A stretch of DNA of 64,000 nucleotides from Laetmonice hystrix (Eukaryota). Position numbers and translations under genes: made by a program. Under the pieces are notes generated by a model that searched no databases, was not told the DNA's origin, and saw only the letters and a program-made list of their open reading frames with translations. This document shows positions 10,911-23,603 of the stretch, piece after piece. Every line of letters begins with the position of its first letter. Position 1 is the stretch's first letter. The stretch is from contig OZ249445.1 in NCBI GenBank assembly GCA_965235115.1, positions 2,914,001 to 2,978,000 on the forward strand. The letters run 5' to 3'.

Positions 10911-11035
10911 GGCCGGATCGGCTGGCTGGATCGGCTGGTTTGGTCGGCTGGTTTGGTCGGCTGGTTTGGTCGGCTGGCCGGATCGGCTGGTTTGGTCGGC
11001 TGGCTGGATCGGCTGGTTTGGTCGGCTGGTTTGGT
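10911..11035. repeat. 13-bp minisatellite (cggctggtttggt / cggctggctggat), ~9-10 copies
   Basis: Directly visible two-variant array. Confidence 0.95.
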
Positions 11036-11833
11036 CATCCAGCCACAGCGAACAATCTCTTTTGTTATATAAAATCAAACGTGACCAAGCCGGAGGAGAA
11101 CTCCGGTCGTCTTTAATTGCTGGCCATGTTCTAGGGGTTGGTGTTGACACAAGGGACGGTACAGGACATCATTAATGTTTTAGTGCACACCTGCTCATCA
11201 ACGAGTTATAACTACAAGGATCCCATAAGGACTTTCAAATTGGGTTTGGTTATGATCATGGGCTTTTCAGGTCCTCAACCCTTCATCCCAACAACCGTGA
11301 CCCTCGTCAGAATAGAGTCAGTCAAGTACAACACCAGTACGAAACCATGTACAAAGACTGAGAAAGGTCGGCGACGAAATTGGTCGCCTATGACGTAATA
11401 ATACGGGATCACGTATTACGTAATACATTCCGTATACCTGCACACCTATGTATGCCCCTGATGTATAGATTGTAACGGTCATTGTTACACGGATTGTAAG
11501 ATGGGTTTGATCTGCTGACTGATGGCGTGAGAGCCGTCGACTCTCCAACAGGCCGACTGCCCACCCGGCTGAGTGACTGAGGAGGGTTTGCATGTCTGGG
11601 TTAGATCATGGCTCTTCACTGCCCACCTCCCAAACTCCACTCAGTATCGCCAGAGAATCCTTAACGTGTAAGCAAGCTGTGGTCCGCTAGGCCATCAGAG
11701 GGTAATCTTGGTCGATTCAGCTTGCATGGGGCGAATTCCCGTAATGCACCTAATGCGAAGCGAGAGTCTGCCAATGACAATACATGAACGGCCGTGCTCT
11801 GCCGTGGCCATTGCGACAGACGATCGGAAAATC

Positions 11834-11856
11834 CACGTGTGATTGGGCTATAAAAG
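11834..11856 (+). promoter_or_regulatory. E-box + inverted CCAAT + TATA cluster
   Basis: CACGTG 11834-11839, GATTGG 11841-11846, TATAAAAG 11849-11856. Motif match only. Confidence 0.25.
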
Positions 11857-13431
11857 TGAGCGATCGGGTCGGGCGTAGGGACTACACGACTGATGGGGTG
11901 AGCTTGGGGGGTATGCGGCCCAGCCTAATGAGTGACAGCCAAAGGTGTCGCTAGTGTCGCCGCTAACGACCACTAATGTCACCTTGGCCGGCCATTTTGG
12001 CGGTCAGTGACTGGTGACAACGTCTGCTGTCAAGGGAGTTGTTCTGGGTGGAGGCGACCCGCTGCCCACCACACACCTGAAATAGCCAAGTTCCTACGCC
12101 TCCCTGACACCCGACGTATAATTGCAAAAGCCAGTTGCTGTGACATTTGATGAAGACGAATAGGCTGGTTGCCCCGGCAACAGGCGGGAGCCAGGGCGGG
12201 CCAGCCAATTGACCTGTTGAGTACTGCTTGTACATAGGAAAGTTAGATGCAGAATCAAAACTGACATCGCGGCTTGATGGACGGGCCATCACATTAATGC
12301 AGTGGCTACAGCGGCCGTGTTTGCTATGCGGCAGCCGTAGCGGTGAGACACGGCACTACAGCCACATACACCGGCTGTGAGCCCCGGCCCCGGCCCAAGG
12401 CCCCGGCCCCGGCCCAAGGCCCACGTCAGCCCATGGTCATCGTCCTTGGGCCGGACACACTGCACCACTATGATCTCGAGACACGACTGCCTGCTTGCCC
12501 ACTCATCTACCTCCTCCTCCTGTACGACACTGATCAGGACTTTACAAAGCACAGACCCCTTCACTTCAGTTTGAGTTCTTCAAAACTAAAACGTGTCACC
12601 GTAAAGTCCGATAAAAGTCCAGAAAATGTGAGAAATTGGCAATACTAATTTGACAAGAAAGGTTACCCAAAAGCTGAGTGAAAGCAGCTAATGTACTGAC
12701 TTTACCTGAATGCAATGTGTTCGTTCTTAGAATAAATTCCGCTTAGTAACTCGTGATGAGTCCAAATAAAAAAATCTGTTTACACCCGGCTCTAATGAAT
12801 TCGTAGGCCTATGTTATTTTGGTTGTGTGCAGTATGAGATTATCCGGCAGGAACAGTAAGAGATACACACCGTCAGTGGCGGTGAATACGGGAGACAGGT
12901 TGAATCGTTCACCGCCGGCAGGCTCGGCAGGGAGAGTGTCAGGGAGACCGTCAGACGGCGGTGTCTCCCTCCACCAGCCCGCCCTACGTGCCGCCGTTAT
13001 ACGCGCAGAGGACAGGCGAGTTGTGAGAGGGCCCCCGGGGAATACTCCCCAATTTTCAACATCTCAGCTCGCTGTAGTTCCCAGCAAGCCCTGCAGATGG
13101 CACGCTTACCTCCGGGACAAGTGTAATGAAAGAAATTGTATGTTGGCGTGGATTTGTCGCCGGTATTTACGGCCGGGCTGAGCCTAGCAGCCACACGTGA
13201 GATTGAAGCACCCAATGAAGGTCAAAATGTTGGAAGGGTTTGAAAGTTTGTAATTATCGTGAGTGTACCCCCATGGGGTGGGAGGGAGACCCCACCAGGC
13301 TGCGTCCCTAGGTGTGCCGTGGTTGGGCTTGTCCTTGGTGAGTTTGGAGCGGGCCAGTGGAAGGGCAGAACACTGGGATAGAAACGGGGTTGGCAGTGCT
13401 TGGGTTGGGTTTTGAAGTCGAGCTGAATGCA

Positions 13432-13567
13432 GCGTTGGATGGCGGTATGATGGCGGTATGATGGCGTTGGATGGCGGTATGATGGCGTTGGAAGGCGGTA
13501 TGATGGCGTTGGATGGCGGTATGATGGCGTTGGATGGAGGTATGATGGCGTTGGATGGCGGAATGAT
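13432..13567. repeat. 21-bp dimeric minisatellite (gatggcggtat + gatggcgttg)
   Basis: Alternating 11- and 10-bp subunits, about 6 dimers. Confidence 0.93.
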
Positions 13568-16500
13568 GAAGAAGTAGACCTCAGGATGGCATGTGACAGT
13601 GGGGTGGGGGTGAGCGGGTTAGGGGTCCAGCAAGTAACCCCTCACCCACTGCCCGCCCCACACCCCAGACACTCAACATCCAACTGATCACTCTTCTGAA
13701 GAATTCTCTTTTCTCTGGTTTTTGTTTTTGTAAAAAGGCTGTCCAAATGAAGGTCGGATGGCGTGCCAAGCCGGCCGGTGGTCGGGCGGGTGGGGAGGGC
13801 ACGTCCGACTGGAGATGGTCACACAAACCTAAGTGGATGATAGTAGTAAGACAAGTCGGGCGGCCATCTCATCTAAGAGATGTGAGAGGGGACAAGTCAG
13901 GGCACCCAGCCGCTGCTCGCCACCGCCCACAGAAACAAATGGTGGAGAGCAATGGAAGATGATGTCTGGTGATAGAAAGTCAGGAATCATGGAGTCAGAG
14001 AACGCCTCAGTTAACTGTGCAAGCATTGCTTCCTCTCGCTCACCAGCAAGGGTCACCTGATGGATGAGTCCAGCCTTGGGTCCTGGCAGCCCCACCTAAA
14101 TTGCATTGCCTGTCATGTGAAAAATCAAATCTACGCCGTTTACGCTGAAAACAAAATTTTCAGTAGGAGGCAATTTCTAAATTGCCGAGTTTTGCCCCCG
14201 CCATGTCCAAGCGAAATGCCAAATTTATCAGGTTTACGTGCGAACGGTAACCTTGTTTACATTAATTGCAGTGACAGTGCAGTAAATTCCATGTCTGTGC
14301 CTGGCTAGCGGCACTTTGCATGGGATTTGTTGGTGCTAAATGGCATTACCCAGATTTCGTTTCAGGGGTTAAACACCAAATTGACATTATGAAATTGAAA
14401 CACAAACTTTCAACGGCTCAAGTAATGAAATTTTTCTCTAGACAAATTGAAATAGGTTGTGGCAGCGCACACCCTAATCGCAGACTCCCAGTGATGCCTT
14501 CAAATTGAGCATGTAACACCTAAAGTGTATTTGGTCCATGCCCGCTGGGCCTGCCCTACCCTCTCCTGCCTCCTGAAGCATCTGTATTGACAAAGTTATT
14601 AAACCCCGATCTCTATCAATATTGAGAATTGACGAGGGCAGAGTAGAATTCGCAGCGATCCCAAAATAATGGGTTTTATAAGGCCACTTGGCAGGGAGTA
14701 GAAGGAATTAGTGTTGAATCTTGTGCAGGATGTCCGGGGAGTGGACAGGCGGCAGCCAACGTGAGGCGACACGTCTGGCGGGGGATGTGACATCAGTACA
14801 TGTAAATTGGAGCCACGGCCGCGGGTCTACCTCCTCCTTGCACCTCTAATTCTAATTATATTGGCAGCTGCTGTGCCACGGAGGCGATCCCAATCACATT
14901 TGGGTCTCACACCTCAAGCATTGCGCAGACACAAGCCCAAGTTGACACTTTGCCAAGCGTGAGGTTGAATGGCCAGCATCTTCTGCTTACCCCCTGATAC
15001 ATATAAATGTGGCATCTCTCGTCACGTGCCTACTTTACAACCAGCTGGTCGGGAACACGAGGAAGGTGACCCTAGTCTCCAGGAGGCCTGCTCAACTCGG
15101 CTTCAACCAGCAACAAACTTCTCCCTTAAATATTACAACCACACTCCTCCAAACTTCATGCTCCGAGGCGCCTCGGTTTGAGCTTTTTTTTTCCGAGACC
15201 AAACACTCGTAATTTGAGGAGAGTGGTGGCCTGAGTCATTGCAGCTTGAGGCTAGGGTAGAAATGATTACGATATGACCGGTGGCTCTGATCCGTTCATC
15301 AACTCCTGCTTGGTACCGCCAGCATCTGCGGGCCCGGCCATCTGCGTGGGCTCGTGGCGGGTCCCACGGGTACCGGGCGCCGGCTGTGAGGGCGGGCGGG
15401 CGGCCGGGCGAGCTGTCTCCGCCAGTCCTTAAAGACCCGTGATCAGCGCCTGTGTTTGCCGGCTCGCCCTGCTCGCCCAGCACCGACTGCTCATTGCTGG
15501 AACCACACAATTTGACTTGCTAATAGTGGTGTTTAGTGGAAATGAAGGAAGCCGAGGTGGAAGGTTGGCGGGGACGGTGGGAGGACTGTCCGGGCGGCGT
15601 ACCCCCGCCGTCCGCCGGTCGCACCGTCCCCCGTCCCCCTCCCCGTACACAGATTGCCCGTGACACAGAAAATTTAAACTGATCACATTAGTCTAATTGT
15701 TGCCTGACAAATCATTTAATCTTTAGAGTCCCATGTGGGAACTGATGATATTGGAAACGTGGACCGGGTGCTAAGGAGGCTACCCCGTGCCATCACCACT
15801 GACCTTCAGCGTGGAGAGGTCTACATACCCGCACCCAATCTAACAGTGATCGAATACTGAACTAACGGCCATCTACAGTCACAGAGCAAAGGACACGATT
15901 TATTAATGAAAAACTTCTTCATATCTCTCATTCAAACATCTCAGACTAATAAAAAACAAACAAACAAAAATTAAAAAAAATACATTGATCTATTTGACAA
16001 CACTTCTAAATTAAGACACTAATGATAGACAAACTGTTCTCAATTTTAGTTCTAAAATAGAGACAATTTCCCTTATTTCTATTTTTAATGCCTTTTTTTC
16101 TTGACTCTAAACTTGAAAGCGCTACCATCGGAAATTCCCGCCATGCAGTTCTGCCGCTTGTCCCCACTTTTATGATCTCCAATAATGTGCCAATAGTAAC
16201 GGAGTTATCTCCATAGCAACTAGACAGCGTCCCGGTCGATTGTCCCTAGCAGAACAGCCGTCAATGTATGGTAATGGCTGGTTAATTCTGTCTTGTGTAG
16301 AAATTAGGCCAGGCTATGGATTACCAATAGATGTGGCTGCTGCTGCTGAAGTGGGACCCGCTCTAGTCTTCTTGCAGACAGTTCAGTATGTCACCACTGT
16401 GCGGCAGACTCGTGTTGAGCGGCGGACATCGATATGTTGCACCTAGACAACCTCCCACATGATCAATCAAGGTGGCTCCTCTATTTACGCGTATACATAG

Positions 16501-18081
16501 ATTGCAACAGATGTTAGTGTCGTCCTTAACAGATGTTAGCGTCATCTGTGGGCCCATTAATAGCAGCGCCGTATAGACGTGGAAGGTGTTGTGTATTGGG
16601 GTGCAGGGTTGGGGTGGGGAGGGTGGGAAGCAGGGTTGGAAGGGGCTAAATTAGATTGATCACCAATATGTGTGATGCCGGTAGGAGGTTGGTCGAGGAC
16701 GTCGCAATCCATAAATCGTTTGACGGAGGTGAGGAGGGAGGACTGCCGGTTGCCGGGCCCCGGCAGGCCGGCCGCTGCCTGCCGGGAGGCGGCCGCCGCT
16801 ACCTGCGTGCACGCCCGCCGACAATGGCCAACCTCAGTCCGCCGAGTCCATGGTGACCACCTAGTACAGACCGAGTGGGAGCGGCACCAGATGCACTGCG
16901 CCTCGTCTTCCTCCGCAAACACCACGCAACAATAGTCCTCGCTCTCCTCTTTTATCCCGCGAAAATACCGAAAACCGGATCTGTAGCCAGCCATATTGTT
17001 CAGGTTTTGTTACCATGGTCACCGCTCAGAGTAATCCTCAAAATATGAAATTAATACGTCGGATATGAAAGGGGAGATGGAAACGAGCATGTTTTTATCG
17101 CCAAAGGTGTTAGCTCCTACATTTGTTGCTGATTGTGGCGGTGTCTGGTTGGAAATCCTGGCCCGGACTTATAAAGCCAATCTCTTCTTCCCCGCGCCGG
17201 CTAAATCTTACTGACACAGGACACTGGCCAAACGGATGATATTTGCTTTGAATCAGCAAAGGGAGCTAGAAGCCACACATCTTTGACATAAAACCCGTTG
17301 ATACCAATGGCACTTGTAATTGCTATCTAATGACGTTATGCTACAAAAGCATCACAGACCTGAGCTCAACCGCCACCTTGTCCGAGACGTCATATTTACT
17401 TTCTCTGCCAATACTTTTTAAAGTGATCCTGTGCCATTTGCAATTTTTTAGATTGGGTCCTCACAGGATGGGCCTGACCCGAGAACAGAGTTCTTAAACA
17501 GAGCCTGCATTTTAGAAATTGCCACAAATCAATTCCTTTTTTCATAATTCCTCCATCCCTTCATGCCTCACAACTAAATCCTTTCGTGGGTCTCTTCCCC
17601 GCCAATCTCTTGCCATGTTATGAAATTAAAATCACTGTAAATGGATGACCCTCCGGCTCGAGCGTCCATTGCCAGTGGAGCCATCCCTCCTGAGACCCAG
17701 GCCGTCTTCGTCTCATCCTCCGCTCCGGGCGGCCGAGACAATACCCTCAGAGAACCCGCTCCCGTTCAGCGTTGCTCAACTAAGATGTTACGGTGGCTAA
17801 ATCACCTGCAATCGGTGATTCTGACCCCCCGCTGAGGTTTCAAAGCATACAGCTTCGCATGACTCGCCAATAGCGTCACCCCCCCCCCCCCCCCACCACC
17901 ACCACCACTCCACCCCCAGCTCGGCTTAAATCTAGTCACGCCTTACACCACGTTGAAAAAAAAACCTGCCGCAGACTTGACGTTGTCCCCGCGGATGGGA
18001 CTTCAAATACCGGCCACCCGCTGGTCACACACCCTGCTTGGTGGCGGCGAACAATCGCCCAATCTTTTCTGGCACGCTCCT

Positions 18082-18824
18082 TGTTCTCCACAGTAAAACA
18101 AGCGTCAGGAGTCATGGGATGGTGTTCTCCACAGCACAACAAGCGTCAGGAGTCATGGGATGGTGTTCTCCACAGCACAACAAGCGTCAGGAGTCATGGG
18201 ATGGTGTTCTCCACAGTAAACCAAGCGTCAGGAGTCGTGGGATGGTGTTCTCCACAGTACAAGCGTCAGGAGTCGTGGGATGGTGTTCTCCACAACACAA
18301 CAAGCGTCAGGAGTCGTGGGATGGTGTGTTCTCCACAACACACCAAGCGTCAGGAGTCGTGGGATGGTGTGTTCTCCACAACACACCAAGCGTCAGGAGT
18401 CGTGGGATGGAGTGTTCTCCACAACACACCAAGCGTCAGGAGTCATGGGATGGTGTTCTCCACAACACAACAAGCGTCAGGAGTCGTGGGATGGTGTGTT
18501 CTCCACAACACACCAAGCGTCAGGAGTCGTGGGATGGTGTTCTCCACAGTACAAGCGTCAGGAGTCGTGGGATGGTGTGTTCTCCACAACACACCAAGCG
18601 TCAGAGGTCGTGGGATAGTGTTCTCCACAGCACACCAAGCGTCAGGAGTCGTAGGATGGTGTTCTCCACAACACACCAAGCGTCAGGAGTCGTAGGATGG
18701 TGTGTTCTCCACAGCACAACAAGCGTCAGGAGTCGGGATGGTGTTCTCCACAACACACCAAGCGTCAGGAGTCGTGGGATGGTGTTCTCCACAACACAAC
18801 AAGCGTCAGAAGTCGTGGGATGGT
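18082..18824. repeat. ~41-bp minisatellite (38-43-bp variants), ~18 copies
   Basis: Unit ggatggtgttctccacaacacaacaagcgtcaggagtcgtg. It explains the ORFs at 18038-18883. Confidence 0.97.
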
Positions 18825-19355
18825 ACTCTTCACTCTGCAACCACTGCCGTAATCTAACAAATCTTCTCCCAGGCAATAACTAATACACCACCTCCATTTA
18901 TACCACCGTCCTGCGGGTACACAACACATCGCCCAAAGTCCTACTCTTTTCACACGTTTCATTCTCTCTGATTGTGTTTGATAAATTGCCTGATATTTTC
19001 TTTCTTTAAAAAAACGAATACTCCCCGCACTCTTAACGGGGTCCTTTCATCTCGTGTGCCACAAACCAGAGACCCGACTGATTAGGGTTCTCACCTTTAG
19101 GCGACCATGGCAGTTCTTTCTTCACGTTTACCCTCGATTCATTCATTGATACCCTTTTACCTTAATTGCAGTTCAGGGTTTTTTTCTCCTCAAAGATTAC
19201 CAAGGTATATTCCCCGTCCTTGCCTCACTCGATCGCAAGACCCCTCATGTTCCACCATATTCCTTGGACCGACCTTCTTACCTCGGAGGTCCACCTGACG
19301 GTCCAGCTTATATATCCCACACCACACTCCTCCCACCGACCTGACTACTGCACAT

Positions 19356-19442
19356 GGGCCCATTCTGGGTCCAGGGCACAGGGGCCCATTCTGGGTCCAG
19401 AGCACAGGGGCCCATTCTGGGTCCAGGGTACAGGGGCCCATT
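19356..19442. repeat. 26-bp tandem repeat, ~3 copies, with degenerate flanking copies
   Basis: gggcccattctgggtccag(g/a)gcacag repeated. Older ggtccacc(a/c)tattcc motifs flank it. Confidence 0.9.
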
Positions 19443-21198
19443 ACGGTCCTCCATATCCCTGCTGCCGTCATTACCAGAGCCGAGGTCCCAATACGGGTCC
19501 ACCCTATTCCTGCCACCAACTTCCCCACAACGTGCATGGTCTTGCTAACGGTCCACCATATTCCTTCAATCAATCTGACCAGAGCTAAGGTGTCCGTCCA
19601 GAGCTCCCAGCGATACGGACACTCTTTCCCTTGTGTTCTTCGATTTGAAAATCATTGTCTCGTACATTGTTACTGACCGTTCTTTGTTGACACACGCCTC
19701 AATAACACCCCACGAATAGTGTCACACTGTGAACACACCACCTAATTCAATTCCAGCATTGATTTTTCTCACTCGTTTGCCTGACCTGTCCAGCAGACCC
19801 ACCCTTCTCAACACCACCGCCCAAATAAACAACTTTAACCCCTCCACCTAATCCTACTCTTGGACGATTTCGTTTGCTTTTTTCTAGTTTTGTTTACAAC
19901 TACTTCACACCTGGCTAAAACCTCCAGAATCGCTCACTGCGGATATTTGAGATATTTTCAATATCTATAAATGCCAACTCTTTATTGACACGGGCGTGTG
20001 CCCTCATGGTCTGTTAACACACAGTACCTGGTGATATGGGCGACATCAGTCTTAGCTCACATTCTACCCCTGAGGTCATCGAGACGCAAGAGGTCAATCA
20101 CCCTGTACAGAGAAAGGTGGGGCAATCAACGCCTACTATGAAGCCGTCTAAAGCCCTCCCTGAATTGTCTCCCACCATACGGGGTAGAGCCCCATGCCGA
20201 TTCTGTCTGGTGACGCCCCACCGAAAGCCCTGACGCCGTCCTCGGGTGTTACACAGACAGAACCCGTTCATCAGCATTCAGACCACAGACGTTGTTCAGA
20301 TAACGGGATCAGCGGGACACCAATGAACCCACTTAGCGCCATTAGGCGGGTTCAAGCAGTAATGCCAGAACATTGTTCATATATTACTTTACTACTGATC
20401 ACCGGCTCCGTTTTCATTCTCGACCCGAGATCCAAGGCGCCACAACAATGTGTTACACGGCTGCACTTAGCGACAGGTTAATGTAGGATACAGTCTAAGT
20501 GTTACCTGTTCTCTGGTCTCATCCACCAGACCCTCAGCCTCCAGCACCTGGTGATAAGGTCACCCATCTCAAACGCTCCTGTATGGTGATTTTCACCAAT
20601 TTATTCCAGACCAAATTCTGTATACACTGTATCTCTGCATTTCCTCTACTCATAATTACCGTCCAGCATCAATTTGCTATAGTGTTTTTAATTAAGGAAA
20701 CCGCGATAAGTCAATCATGTGGGTTTTGATGAATGCCCTTTCTGGTGACTTACGTGGACCTTGCCGCCTACTATTGCCCTAGTGTCAGAACAGACACAAA
20801 GAGTGTGTATTATAAAGTGTATATTTCAAACAGGGCTGGACTTTCGGTGCCGATGTGGACTGACTGGTAACCACGTGACGGATTTAACACCTGGCACTGA
20901 TCCAAATGTCGCCCACACATCAAGACTATTTCTGAGCGTCAGTGCAGAACTTGTCAAGGAGGCTCACAAGGTCCTGAGAACTCCAGTCTAGCAGCAAGGG
21001 CGCCAGATACCGAGTCCACCCGCTAATATGTCACCAACCCAGGCAACTTTCATCACGCTACCAACAGCTAACCGTACTCTTTCAAAGACGTGACTTTGGA
21101 GTGAATTTGTGTGAAGTTTATTGATCCCTGAAAGGTTCAGTGACAAATCTTGGTTATTAGGTACACATTAAATCAAACCGGAAGTAACCAGGGTACAA

Positions 21199-21347
21199 GG
21201 CTTATGTCTCTCGCGGCTGGGGGTTCAGCCTTCAAACTGTTCTAGACTTTCTCAGATTCTCAGTTCGGTCCAGGCCTATGTCTCTCTCAGCTGGGGGGTC
21301 AGCCTTCAAACTGGTGTAGACTTTCTCAGATTCTAAGTTCGGTCCAG
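21199..21347. repeat. Two-copy ~74-bp duplication
   Basis: tatgtctctc..ctggggg..cagccttcaaactg..tagactttctcagattct.agttcggtccag occurs twice. Confidence 0.88.
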
Positions 21348-21809
21348 TTCAATGCTCCGCTCGAGTCCGCCTCCGTCACAACTAGTTTTAGTGTAAAGGA
21401 TTTGGACTTTGTGAGTACATGTCGCGTTGGTAATTTTCGCACTTGGAATATTCGGCTGTGTACTTGTGGGTGTGGTGGCGAGGGTGAGGAGATCGTGGGG
21501 GGAATAAGAGACGGTAAGGGGGAGGCTGGTTGGGGGCGCGTTAACAGCTGTCCATCTGTTCACCAGGACCCGGGGGTGGCCGAGTACTGGTCACTTAGGA
21601 TGCTGTCCTTGGCGTTATCCCCAAGCTACCTCTGGTTCATCTCAGTCTGACTGACCCACGGCCCCCACCCGGTCCCCACACCTCCACCTGCCGGGGGGAG
21701 TGCAGCCGGTGGGTGGGTGGGGGATACATGGGTGGGTGGACTTGGGTGTTAGATGGGAGGGTCGGGGAGTTAGATGTGAATATATAGGGGTCAATAGGAT
21801 GGATACAGT

Positions 21810-22028
21810 GGTTAGATAGGTTGATCGGGGAGTTACAGGGGTGGGTGGATGGGGTGGTTAGATAGGTTGATTGGGAAGTTACAGGGGTGGGTGGATGGGG
21901 TAGTTAGATAGGTTGATTGGGGAGTTACAGGGGTGGGTGGATGGGGTGGTTAGATAGGTTGATTGGGGAGTTACAGGGGTGGGTGGATGGGGTAGTTAGA
22001 TAGGTTGATTGGGGAGTTACAGGGGTGG
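21810..22028. repeat. 46-bp G-rich minisatellite, ~5 copies
   Basis: Unit ggttagataggttgattggggagttacaggggtgggtggatggggt. Confidence 0.95.
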
Positions 22029-23297
22029 CTAGGTAAGGTGGGGGGAGCTAGGTGAATGACAAAAATTCAGCTACCCGCCCGAAAGGTACACAGTGGAGTA
22101 GTACCATGTAAGACTAATGTAATGCTACATAAAGGCCAATCAAAGGCCGCCAACTAGGGATGATTCCAGGGCCATGTTTGATGTAAGTGTAAATGCGACC
22201 CCCGGGTGCTGAAGACCCCCACCCCCCACCCCCCAACTACCCCCACTCCACCCACCAGTAGGTTGCTATAACCTGTTAGTGTGTGTTCACCTAGCGCCAC
22301 TAAAACCCGTCACAGATTCATGTAATCGGCAGTCTTCCTTGACCTGGTGGCTGACACCGTCATCAAGTTGTTAGCGCTGGCCTTGGTTCTGCTGGCGGTG
22401 CTGCCTAATCAACACGCGTGGACACCACCCTACCACCATCACTGCCACCACCTCACAGATCTTTTCTACCCCTTTCACCCTCAGTATCACCCAACAAAAG
22501 CCAAAGGTGCGCAGGAAAAGTAGCTCCTGAAAAAGGAGCTTCTGCACCCAAGTCGTTTCTGAGGTGGCTTTCAATATTCCTAATTAGCCGAACACCCTGA
22601 GTGGACAGACGGCTGCTGGTGCCGGTATGACCGCTTAGATCGCTGTCTATGGTCGGGGGGCGGCAGGAAAAGCGTGTCAGGCTGCATGGTCCAATTATAA
22701 GCTTCACGTCCAAGGTGGGCCTGACACCAAGGACACACAGTCAGCCTTTGATACAGCCATTTTCTTCTCTGCCTCTCTCTAATCTCCCAACAAAAAGCAC
22801 AGTTAGGGAGGCCTCTCACAATGCGACCGCCACTTTGGGCCGCCAATAAATGTTTGCTATCATGTTCAATCAAGGCAGATTAAGCCTGAAAATGTGGGAC
22901 CTGAGCTCCGAGTGGGCCTGACAGGGCAGCGTTAGTTTGCGGTGGTCGTGGTGAACCATACGGTCGAGATGTAACTGCTGATATAACCACATTGTTGTGG
23001 CTTAATTTAGGAGGCCCCAGGGACCTATCAGTACCAGTCATCATTGGCTTTATGACAATGGCCCTCCGTATTGCAATACTCAGGGTGTGCAATTACACTT
23101 CATGAAGGCAGCAGGGAGCAGATTGGTGTGGTGGGCAACAATGGGCTGTCAGCGGGGGCCCGTCCCAATCCATTTACTCATTGACATGTCCAACTATATA
23201 CCTACATCACTGAATAACAATAATAGGTCATAATACAACCACCAACGACCATAGAACCTGCCTGCTCTAACAGATCTGAAATCATGAAGTCATCGAG

Positions 23298-23603
23298 CTG
23301 CTGTAAGGGACATGTTTCCCTGGGACAGGGTATGGACTGCTGTAAGGGACATGTTTCCCTGGGACAGGGAATGGACTGCTGTAAGGGACATGTGTCCCTG
23401 GGACAGGGAATGGACTGCTGTAAGGGACATGTGTCCCTGGGACAGGGAATGGACTGCCATGTGTCCCTGGGACAGGGAATGGACTGCTGTAAGGGACATG
23501 TGTCCCTGGGACAGGGAATGGACTGCTGTAAGGGACATGTGTCCCTGGGACAGGGAATGGACTGCTGTAAGGGACATGTGTCCCTGGGACAGGGAATGGA
23601 CTG
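23298..23603. repeat. 39-bp minisatellite, ~8 copies (one 30-bp deletion unit)
   Basis: Unit ggactgctgtaagggacatgtgtccctgggacagggaat, giving a 13-aa period in the ORF track. Confidence 0.97.

Noticed and set aside
16557-16994. 145-aa Cys-containing ORF with a possible GT donor at 16801
   Set aside because: No domain is recognisable. The frame giving SAxxxA|GT (superficially like the CUT exon end) has an in-frame TGA just upstream.
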